Of a stretch of 64,000 nucleotides of DNA, positions 39,001-51,000 are shown in pieces; position 1 is the first letter of the stretch; each line of letters opens with the position of its first letter. The stretch lies in assembly GCA_043814965.1 (NCBI GenBank), contig JBDRJN010000006.1:7838-71837 (forward strand), written 5' to 3'. Source of the DNA: Candidatus Omnitrophota bacterium. GTDB taxonomy: Bacteria; Omnitrophota; Gorgyraeia; Gorgyraeales; Gorgyraeaceae. The notes beneath the pieces were generated by a model. The model did no database searches. It had not been told where the DNA came from and saw only the letters and a list, made by a program, of their open reading frames with translations. The position numbers and the translations under genes are program-made.

Positions 39001-42000
39001 TTGGAAGACAAGAAGGCCATACTTACTGCTTTACTATCAGGCATCTATTAAGGCTTGCAAATAGGCTTGATGACAGAAGAGAGAAAAACCTTTTAAATTC
39101 AACAGAAGATATTATAAGGGTATTATCTATAGAAATACAGGAAGTCTATAGAGAAGAAATAAAAGGCGATAGTGATATAAGATTATTTAATAACACGCTT
39201 GGTGCTATTTTTAAGGCAGGGGACTTGGATAAGGATATAGTTGTAGAGCAGAACAAGGAAGGCGGGATATGTGTAATAGGCCAAACAAGATTTCGCATAA
39301 AGAGCGAAAGAGGAAAGCTTGTACCAGGAGATGACGCTATCCTTAAACATGTTCCTACTACTAAAAAGTATCTTTCAAGTATAGCAAGAGCTGTAGACAT
39401 GAAGGAAAAGGTGCTTCTTGTAGGGCCTACAGGTTCGTCAAAGACATCCCTTATAAAGTATCTAGCGCACCTCACAAATAATGAATTTACAAGAGTAAAT
39501 CTTGATTCCCAGACTGACACGTCAGAACTTATAGGAAAACTTGTCCCGAAGAAAGAAGGGAACGGATTTCAGTGGACTGACGGTATCCTTGTAAAGGCCA
39601 TGACAGAAGGCCAATGGATACTTTTGGATGAAATAAACCTTGCTGAGCCTGATATATTGGAAAGAGTGAATTCGCTTTTAGATGACGACGGCTATATAGT
39701 GCTTACAGAAGACAATAACAGGAAAGTAGAATGCCACCCTGATTTCAGGCTTTTTGCTGCTATGAACCCGGAAAGCTATTCGGGAAGAAATAGATTGTCC
39801 AGGGCTATGAGGAATAAATTTTCAGAAAAATGGATCTCAGGGGATATGCCGAAAGAAGAGATAGAAGAAGTAGTAAGATTTTATCTTACGGATAAAGATA
39901 TTGCAAAGACTTTACCTATTGAAGAGGGCATAGCTGTATCAATATCCAAGGAAATAAGAAAAGCATATCTAACTATAAAAGATATGATTGATTCCGGCAG
40001 ATTAGGCAAACAGAAATTAAGCGGAGGAGATATAGGTGATTATGAGTTTAGCATGAGGGACCTGAGAGATTGGGCAGAATTTGTAAGAAGGCTTTCAAGC
40101 GCATCTAACATGAGCCACACAGAAGCCATGATACAAGGCGCATTGTATATCTTTAGAGATAGGTTAGAGGGGTTTGAAGATAAAAAGATATTTGAAGAAG
40201 AAATACTTAATAAGATAGACCAGGGTTCGATCTCTGCTAAAGAAAAGATAAATATAAGTTCCTTGGATGTAACAGAAGAGGAAGGCAGGGGAGAAATAGA
40301 GATATTAAAGCAGAAAATGGAAGAGGGAAGGCTTGATGAAGGAAAAGATCCGCAGGTAGTAGTATTGAAAAAATTTAAAGACCTTACAAAAAATCTTCCG
40401 ATTGAACTTAAAGGAGACCTTTATACAATAGAGAGTAAATTATCAGGTAATGATATGGCTCAGGGTATCCATGGATTTGCGATGTTGCCAGAGGGTATAG
40501 CTAAGGAATTAGTGGAATTTATACTTAATATGCCTGAGCTAACCCGCACTGATAATAAAAATATCGTTTGGAGCATGAAAAAAGCTGCTATAGATGTAAT
40601 AAGTTATCTTGAGAATAGCGGTATAAATATAAAAGACGCAATGTTATATATTCGTTTGAAAGAGGCGCTTAATAGCCCTTCTCAGGAAGTGAGAATAGCT
40701 AGCGCCTTGGCGATAAATTTAGATAATAATAGGACAAAAAAGCTTATAAAAGACCTCAAAATAGAAAGGCCTGATAAATTACCCAAAAAGGATATAAGAG
40801 AAAAGCTAAGCAAGGATTATCTAGGTATAGATGATTTAACTAAAGATGGAAATTCTAATATCCTTCCGTCAATACTATTTGGTATTTTAGCTCAAATTGT
40901 AATAGGAACAGGTAATCTATTAGGTTTAGAAAATACTTTTCTAAAAGTCGTAGCTTTTATAGGATTCTCCCTGGTTCCTTACGGGGTTTTAGCCTTGGTA
41001 AAGCAAACTTTATCTTTTAGCTATAACCTTATTTTCTCAAGGCAATATAAGATATTAAATAATATATATAAAAAGATACCTTTAAAATTAGCCGATTTTT
41101 ATGAATTAGTAAAAGATTTCTCTAAAAAACTTTTAGACACACGAACTTCAAATCTCAAAGCCGGTAAGGATAAAGAAAAAAATAGACTAACATTTTCGTC
41201 AGTAGTGGGAGGCCTTTTGATGGGCGTGACATTTGCTTTACGAGATGACTATATATTGCCATTTATTGCTGATTTTGTAAAGGATGCTTCAGGTTTGTGG
41301 GCTTCAGGAGGTGTATGGGCCCTACTTGGTTTAATGTGGTGGTCATTTTCATGGGTATTATATGCAGTACAGGATAAAGTCTTAACAGCTTTAAGGGAGA
41401 TGATATACCAGCCTTTATCTCGTAAATACGATCCTAAGAAGAAGGCAAATGAAAATTTTGATGCTTCAAAGGATATCTTAAGAGCGTATAGCCCTGAAAC
41501 AGTACAATCCTTCTCTCATCATAAAAAGCGTGATCCAGAAGAAAAGAACAGCTATTCAGAACTCTATACAAAGAAAGATCTAAATACAGTATTGAGGGAA
41601 GACGCTATAAGGCTGTATGAAGAGAACAACACTGTCAGTATAATGGATATAGCCTTGGAGATCAACAAAGACGAAGACATGCCTAAGAACCATGTGCCTG
41701 GCAAAAAGACAGCAGGACTCGTAAAGACAGTGTCTACTGTAAAGAATCTAAAGAAGATCGCGCTATCTATTGTAATGAATGATCCAGTGCTATTAGTAGG
41801 AGAATCCGGAGTTGGTAAGACCTCGCTCGTAAGATACCTTGCGTATCTGACAAACAATAATTACAGGAGATTTAACCTAAACGGCCAGACAGATAAGACA
41901 GAGTTTATAGGAGGGTGGAAGCCCAATAAAGAAGGCGGTTTTAAATGGGTGGATGGTATTTTAGTAAATGCCTTGAGGAGCGGTGACTGGCTGGTCTTGG

Positions 42001-45000
42001 ATGAGATCAATCTTGCAGAGTCGCAGGTAATAGAGAGGATAAATTCACTACTTGATGATGACGGACAACTTAGGATCACTGAAGGTGAAAAAGAAAGAGT
42101 GTTTATTAAGTCAGCTGAATATAGAAAGAGATCGAAGGAGATAGAGAACAAGGAGAGCATTTTAGAAGAAGATGCTATGAAGAAATTGGAAGAAGAGGGG
42201 ATATTTGAGATAAATCCGAATTTCAGGCTATTTGCTACTATGAACCCAACTGAGTATGCTGGAAGAAATATGCTTTCGCCTGCTCTTATGAACAGGTTCC
42301 GCGTGAAATGGATAGATGATCTATATACTAATGAGAAACAGGCGATCTTGAACTTAACATATGGCGATAAATATAATAACCCTGGGCTTAGCCAGAGACA
42401 TATAGAATATCTCACTCTCTTACATGAGGGCTTGCAGGCGCTTAGCGCATCAAGAAAACTCGGAGAAGAAGAAAGAGACCCTTATTACTATAGCCTAAGG
42501 GACTTAAGGAAGGTCTGTGACAGGGCATTGAAGAGGATGAAAAGCGAAAGTAAACCAGGCGAAGAAGTATCCGATAAATTAATAAATAATATTTTATACC
42601 AGGAATTCTTGGAGGTTTATGGCGACAGGACAAGAGATGAGCATGACTATGAAATATTAAAGGATATTGTATTAGGTACGAGGTTTGCTGGTGCGTTAGA
42701 AGATAATAAGTTTGACATAGTAGATAATAAAAAGACAACTTCATTTGGTGGTATAGAGATTGATAGATGGGACAAAGGTGGAAAATACATTCCTAGTAAT
42801 GAGGCAAAGCTTATAGAAAGCAAAACCACCAATAGGTACCTTAAAAAACTTGCTAAGAGCGTTTATATGAATGAAAAGACGCTTTTGGTAGGCCCTACAG
42901 GAAGCGCCAAGACGTCTTTAGTGAGGGGTTTAGCGTATCTTACAGGGAATAATTTTATGAGGATGAATCTTGATGCGCAGACTGATACAGGGGAGATAAT
43001 AGGGCATTTTATCCCAGAGGAAGGTTCTAAAGATAGATTCAAGTGGGTAGACGGAGACCTTGTTACTGCAATGAAAGAAGGCTATTGGGTGCTCTTTGAT
43101 GAGTTAAATCTTGCTGAGCCTGAGATACTAGAGAGGATAAATTCACTTCTCGATGAAGATGGTTCTTTAGTTATCACTGAAAACGAAGGAGAAAAATATA
43201 TACCTAGCGAACAATTCCAAAAACTAAGAGAGGAATATATCAGTAAGGGCCTTATAGATAATAATAACGAAAAGAATGTAATAGTTGTAACTAACGATAA
43301 AGGCGAGACAATAGAGAAGATATACGAAATACACCCTAATTTCCGATTGTTCTGCGCTATGAACCCAGAAAAATATTCTGGCAGGAACAGGCTCTCTATC
43401 GCAATGCGCAATAAATTGACAGAGATATGGGTACCTGGCCTTACTGATAAGGAAGAGATAAAGCATATAGTAAAAGGCTTTTTAGGGATCCCTGAAGGTG
43501 TGTCCAAGGATGTTATCGCAAGCCAGATGGTGTTCCTAAATGGTGAATTAAATAACCTAAAAGAAGAAGATCCCGAAGGTATATTAGAGGAGTATGAATT
43601 TACTATACGCGATCTAAAGGCATGGAGTGGGTATATAAATGAGTTCCAAGGTAAATTGGGCCTGGAAAACGCTTTTATAAAAGGCGCAAGGTATATATAT
43701 TATGACAGGTTCAAAACCGACAGCGAAAGAAAAGATTTTATAGAACTTATAAGAAAAGCTGTATCTAGGGAACCTCAAGAATATATAAATGAAGTCTTTA
43801 ATGCGAAGAGTAGTGAAGACCTCAAGGAACTTACTCCTGACGAAAACAATAAACTGCATGTATTGGGCGTTACTCTTGATATCAATAGAGAAGGAGGAGA
43901 GTATGTACCTGATATAGATAGATCAAAGCTCGTAATAACAGATGAGACTCTAAAAAATCTTGAAAAAGCAGCAGAATCTGTAAAGCTAAATGATAATCTA
44001 TTATTAGAAGGAGAGACGGGCGCAGGAAAGACTTCTTTAATAAGGTATCTTGCATCTATAACTAATAATAACTTTAGCAGGTTCAATCTTAGCGGCCAGA
44101 CAGAAAAGACAGATTTTATAGGAGGTTTCAAGCCTAAGGATGGTACTTTCGAATGGCAGGATGGCATACTCATAAGGGCATTAAAAGAAGGCCATTGGCT
44201 TGTCTTGGATGAGATAAATCTTGCATCATCACAGGTAATAGAGAGGATAAATTCCCTATTAGATGATGATGGTTTTATAGTAGTTACGGAGAATAAAGGC
44301 GAGAAATATATAAAGAGTGAACAATATCAAGCACTTAAGAAGCAATATACGGATGGCGGATTAAGCGAAGGAGAGGCAAAGGAAAGGCTTAATAATGTAG
44401 ACAGGATATTCGAGATAAACCTCAATTTCAGATTATTTGCCACTATGAACCCAGTAACATATGCCGGAAGAAAGAGATTTTCAAAAGCGCTTCTAAATAG
44501 ATTTAGGGTAAAGTGGATAGATGAGCTCCCAAGAGAAGACCTTAAAGAGATATTAGTTGAAAAATATAACCATACTAATATATCCAGTAAGCCTATAGAT
44601 AAGGCGCTGGATTTTTATTACAGCGCCAAGACCGCGGCAGATAAATACCCTCAGCTAAAATTGTGTTTTACAATAAGACATGTCTTAAGATGGTTCGATA
44701 GGATTAACTCTTATACCGGAAAAGATGTCGATAGTATGTTTGCTCTAGAGGCAGGGGAAGTATTTCTGGATGGTTTAGGAGAAGAGATTTCGGAACAAGA
44801 GATAAAAAGAGAGCTTGTAGAAAATATAAGAAATATCTTTGGCAGTCTGTACGAAGACAATGATATAGATATAGACAAACAAAAAGATACTATTAGCTTT
44901 GGAGAGATAAAGATAGCTGAGAAAAAAGGTAAGAGAGAACAATATATAGATAGAGAGCCTTTGTATGAGACAGATTCTACAAAAACGCTTTTAAAAAAGC

Positions 45001-48000
45001 TAGCAAAATGTGTAAATCAGAAAGAGCCGGTTCTTATGAAAGGCCTTACCGGAGGAGGAAAGACCTCTTTACCGAAATATTTATCTGATCTCACAAATAA
45101 TGATTTTGTTACACTGGACTTGGATGGCCAGACTGATACTGCGCAACTTATAGGGCAATATATCCCTGATGAAAATACAAAAACTGGTTACAGGTGGCAG
45201 GATGGGCTTCTTATAAGGGCAATGGAAAATGGCTGGTGGATACTCTTGGATGAGATAAACCTTGCTGAGGCGGATATATTGGAGAGGATAAACTCGCTCT
45301 TAGACGATGATGGGTATATAGTCCTGACTGAAGACAACAATAGGAAGGTAAAATGTCATCCTGATTTCAGGCTTTTTGCTGCCATGAACCCAGAGACCTA
45401 CGCAGGAAGGGCGAATCTTTCAATAGCGATGCTCAATAAATTTCACCAGATATGGGTTCCAAGGGATTTTACAGAAAAAGAAGATATAGAATTAGTCGGT
45501 CATTACTTAGAGACATATACAGCAATAGATAAGATGTCTTCCAGCGTACAGCATATAGAGTATAGAACTATGATAGAGAAAATGCCTTTTGATGTTATGT
45601 ATAGCGTGGCTGATCCATTAGGATTGATATATATAGGTATTAAATCGTTAAAGTCACTGATATCAAGTAAAAGGCATGGGCTTGATCTAAGTGTAAAATA
45701 TTATAATGAAAAAGGAGAAGAGATCACCGAGGACCTAAATAGAAAAGAAAAAAGAAACCTTAAAAAATTCAATCGCAGGCTTAAAGATATAGGTGTAGTA
45801 GCAAGTTATTTTGGAGGGGATTTTGAGGTAGATATACGCCCAGGGAAAAGATGGGCTATAGGATATCCTAAGGATCCGAATGAAAAACCAGTAATAACAT
45901 TCCCTAAGAATGAGCTTCTGGAAAAAGATAAGGATGTTGTGATAGGCAGTGCTTTACATGAAGCAGGACACAGAGACATATCGTGGATGGATAGTTTCTT
46001 TACCGAAAAAGAATCAAGAAGGTTTTTACTTAATGCAGTCGAGGACCCTCGCGTAAATGAATGGACTACTCTAAAGACAGAAGGGACAAGGAAATTTACA
46101 GAAGCTACATACATAGACGCATACCCAAAAGAGGCTAAGAAGAGTTTTGATGAACGAGGTATTATGCCTCACATACAGTTTGGCCTTGGGCTTATACATT
46201 ATTGGTATTATGGCGAAGAACACCCTGCGATAAAAAATACTAAAGTGTTAAAAGCTCTCCAGGATACAAGAGTGGATGCTGTAAAGGCATATAATATACA
46301 CGCAGGCACTATTACTATAACAAGGGATAAAGATATAAAGGATGGATTTATATTATATTCGCCTACATATGGTGAGCAGAAAATAGACTTGAAACTTGGT
46401 GATAGGCGCGCCTTGAGGATGAAAGACGCAGGGATGGTAGAGAGAACAGGCAAAGAAGAAATAACGTTTTATACAGGAGACGGAGAGATCCCAGTCATTT
46501 TTAAAGAAGAAGATTTCAGCAAGAAGAGCCTTTTAAATATGCGCCCGAGCGCAAAGGATAAGGAAATAGCAGCGATTGAATCAGCAAGGATCATAAAAGA
46601 AAAGATATTGCCTGTATATGAGACACTTGTAAAAGAGTCTGTAGATAATAAAAAAGAGGAGTTGAAAAAAGATAGCCTTAGCGAAGATATACAAAGCCAG
46701 GCCGAAAAGGAAGTAGAAGAAGAATCAAAGAAAGCAGCTGATGCATTAGGCCCAAAGATCTCAGAAGATGATCTAGAGGCCTCGGAGGATAAAAAGACAA
46801 AAGCTAAAGAAGACAGACAGCCAACGCCTGAAGCTAAAGAAAAATCACAGCCAATGTCAGTTGACAGCAAGAATGCGGAAGATGAAGACAAGAGAGATGG
46901 CAGTGATATAAAGGAAAGCGCTGAAGACGTAAAAGATGAACCAGGCGAACGTGAAGAATCCGACAGTGATAAGGAAAATAGGGGAGGCCAGGTTGATGCA
47001 GAGAGCTTCTTTAAAGATATGGTAAGAAAGTTTGAAACAGAAGTACCACAAACTACATATGACAATTACTATAGAGGCATAAGCAGGATCATAGAAAAGC
47101 TCTTTGGTATCCTAGATAATGAGCTCCATAAAGATACAAAATTTAGATATAAAGGCTATTTTGCAACAGGACCTAAGCCTGATATGAGAAAAGCAATGAC
47201 AATGAAAGAGACGGGAGATATGGATATATGGCTTAAACGTGTCAAGGCTATACAAAGAAGTTTTAAATTTAGCTTGGTTCTAGATGAAAGCGGATCTATG
47301 GGGCGCGGAGACAAGACAAACCCTGCTGTACAGGCCATGATAATATTTATGGAGGTTCTCTCCAGGTTGAACATAGATTTTTCTATAATAGGCTTTAGCG
47401 ACTCGCCTTCTATTCACATGAACTTTGGTGAAAGCTTCAAGCATAGTAAGAATAAAGTAGTAAAAGAAGTTATCAGATACATGGGTAAAGGCGGGACGAA
47501 TGACGCAAAGGCAGTAGAAAAGGCAACTGCCTTATTAGATAGGGAGATAAGTGATACAAAGATCATGATAGTGGTCAGTGACGGCTATGGAAATAGGGAG
47601 CTATTACGCAAGAATTTATTAAAGGCATATAAAAAAGGCATAGATGTAATAGGTCTAGGCATAGGATCTGGCATGGATTATGTTAAGGAGGTCTATGACT
47701 GCGCAAAGGTCATAGGGGACTTGAATGATCTGCCCAGGATAGTAGCCCAGGTGCTTATAGACATAATCGTAAAAGGAAAACACGTAAGGCGCAGTAATAG
47801 AGACAACGAGGTAGACATCTCTGGGGAAGTAACTAAGATAAATAAAACACAATCTGACGTCCCGGATAGCTTGACGCAATTAAACTCCATACCTATATAT
47901 CAATATATCGGTGCAGGCATAAAAGCGCTGAAGGCAGGCAGGAAACATCTAAAAGATATTAAGAAAGAGAGAGAACTCAAGAAAAAAGAGGAAGAAGAGA

Positions 48001-51000
48001 TCGCAGAACGCATGGAATTATCCAAGCCGACAGAGGAATATAAACCGACAATACATTCAGCCGGAGATCTAGCGATCCATGGAATAGACAATATGTCGTT
48101 AGAGATAGAACAGGGTAAAAACGCATATCTATACGGGACAATAAATCTTAATGTTGCAGCCAAGAATGTTACTGAGGCCTCAAAGGTAGTGCAGGATATA
48201 AAAGCCGGTTTGTTCACAGTTACTAAAAAAGATAAATTAAAATTAAAAGATATATTTGAAAAAATAGAAATAGTCAATGCATGGGATGAATCCGGCAAGG
48301 AGATCTTTGATGCTGGCAAAGAAGAAGAAGGCCAGGTCGGCACACTTTTAGGAGCAAGGTCTTTACGCTATAGGATAAAAGTTCCATGCGAAGAAACAGG
48401 CGAGTTCAAATATGCTTTAGGGTTTACATTCGATCCAAAGCTCAATGGAAAAAGCTGGAGTTATGTAAGAGATAATATTGGCATAAGTTCCTTTGCAGTA
48501 ATAAATGTGATAGATAAGACCCAAGCTTTTGAAAACAAGATCTTAAATGTACTTAGCGGGATATCCTTTAGCAGTTTAGAAGAGTTGATGGATAGGTTTG
48601 ATAACCCAGAGGAGAAAAAGAATATCTATGCCGCACTTAACAACCTATACAGCAAAAAGGCTATCAGTGTCATCTATGATAATATCGACCAGAAAGAGCT
48701 CCGTTATAGTTCGACTTCTTCCCTGGAAGAAGGCTTAAAGAACGGATCAATAATAGAGGCCAAGTCAGGCACAAAGATAAGGTTTTTTACAAAAGACGCG
48801 ATAGAAAAATCCGGCAAAAACTTAGTAAGGTATAAAGAAGGGTTATTTGATGTCCTGGATAAAGCTACGCTGCAATCCAAGCTTGATAAAAATGAGATAA
48901 GGCCTGTTTATACCAAAGAAGGCACCCTGTTTTATGAGAGAGAGTTAGTGCACAGTATGATAAAAGAGGAAAAGATCATACTCAGTAATTTCATTAACTC
49001 CGGACAATTTTTTATATTGGCAAAAGACAAAGATGATTATTTAAGAAAAGAGTTAAATAACTGTAAGAGTATATTTGAAGAGAACTTTAAGGACGCATCA
49101 AAGAACATACATGAGGCCTATGGATCAGCCCGCGAGATCTTTAATACTCCACAAAGGATAAATAGCTTAAAGAGGGCAGTGGAGATGGCTGTAAGCTTAA
49201 AGAAATGGAACGCTGATGACTATACTATCGCAGCTGCATTTTTGGAGAACATAGACCTTGAGAATAAAGATCATATAAAAAGGATAAAACAATTTGACAA
49301 AAGGTCAAAGGTCTTGAATATCCTTAAGAATTTCAGGAATGTATCCAACCTTCCGCATATACTAGAGCTGAATCTGGAGAACCATCTTGATATCCAGTAT
49401 AAGATGGACATGATCATAAAGACCTCGAGGACCCCGGAGGTAATGCTGCTTACATGGGCTGATATATTGAACAGGGTGAAGTCCGAGGAAAGAAAAGAAA
49501 ACTTTAAATATATTGCTCAAGCAGCAAGGACGCTTTACGGCCCCTTAGCAGATAGATTAGGCAGGGAAGATGTTGCCAAGGAGATCTGGCATACTATCTT
49601 TGAAAAGCAAGACCCGGAATTATGCAAGAAGGTGACAGAGGCAATGGAAAAAAGAATAGGCATGACCCTTAGCGAAGGAGAAGTGTTTTTGCATGAAGCA
49701 AAACTCAAGATAGAGAAGTATTTAAGAGACAATGATCTTAAGGCAAAGGTATACATAAGGGTCAAGTCACCTGTCTCTATGTTCGACAGGGCAAGAAAAG
49801 GACAGACAAAATATTCTACAGAAGAGGTCTTGCGCATTATCGAGACATCAAAAATGCTCAGGGATACATTAGGTATCATGGTGGTATTTGATGAGGAAGA
49901 ATACAAGATACACCAATCAGTATATTATATCGCAGCTGAGATAGCCAACATAGAAGAGGCATCGAAGTTCAGGAGAGAGGCGCTTTATGTCGACTATCCA
50001 AGGTATAGTTTCTACATAAAAGCAGAGAATGGCGCAGATATGAGCTTTATGGCTAAAGACAAAGATACCTATAAGACATATAGAGTAGGAGAATCTGCGC
50101 ACTGGCATTTTAAATTAAAAGACAGGATACTGGAAGGAAAGAAGCAGAGTTTTGAGTATTGGCCGGATGGCCTGGAATATGCAGGAGATTTTGAAAAAGA
50201 TTTTAATGCTCTAGTAATCGAACTGGATAAATATAGTTATGTGTATTATGCAGAACCTTCAAAGCAGTACACCTATCCCAAGATCATAAAACTTCCCTCA
50301 GGTTCTATTGCTGTAGACCTTGCGAGTGAAATGGGTGTATTGAACAGTGATTTTTCAGGAGTCACAGTAAAGAACCTTAAACATGACTATAATTATGGCA
50401 AAGAAATGGGAGGAACTATAAGATCAAGCCATCAACCATATGGCATTGACTATCTATTAAAGGATGGAGATATAGTCACTCCGTATAGCAGCAGAGAAGG
50501 ATTTCCTGAAAATAAAAGACTAGCCTTGACAGAAGCAATGAATAGATCGAAAAATCAGGCTGCCAGGGATTTTATAAAAGGGAAATTAAATATGTCCAAT
50601 CTAAGGATAGCTCAATGGGGAAAAGAGAGCTATCCTATACTGAATAAGATATGGCGTAGTATACTTATGGTGACAGGAGTTACACCTATACATGAACTTG
50701 GCCATATTTACGGAGCTCTTTTACAAGATGATGATAAAGTCATAAATAGCACTAAGACAATAGAAGAGTTTGAGATAAATACCAAAGGAGTATTCTTTGA
50801 AGGGAGGCTTAAGGGCCTGAAAGGGTCTTCTTTACTGTTAGGGGCTGCAGCAAATCTGATAGCTGTACCATTGGTAATATTTTCAAGTTTAGGAGCTGGA
50901 TTTGATAGTGTGTTGACGTATGTAGCGGGACTTCATATTATAGCTGGCCTTGTAGAAGTATTTTCCAGTAAGGGTGATGTAAGAAAGTTTTTTGGAGAAA

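Noticed and set aside
22830-47790. Eukaryotic origin or contamination, suggested by the FKS-like and midasin-like domains
   Set aside because: No introns, SD-led operon, lipoproteins, PilZ and CUT1 ABC genes all indicate a bacterial locus.
48530-48720. Winged-helix-like segment before the RSH domain
   Set aside because: Pattern too weak to call.
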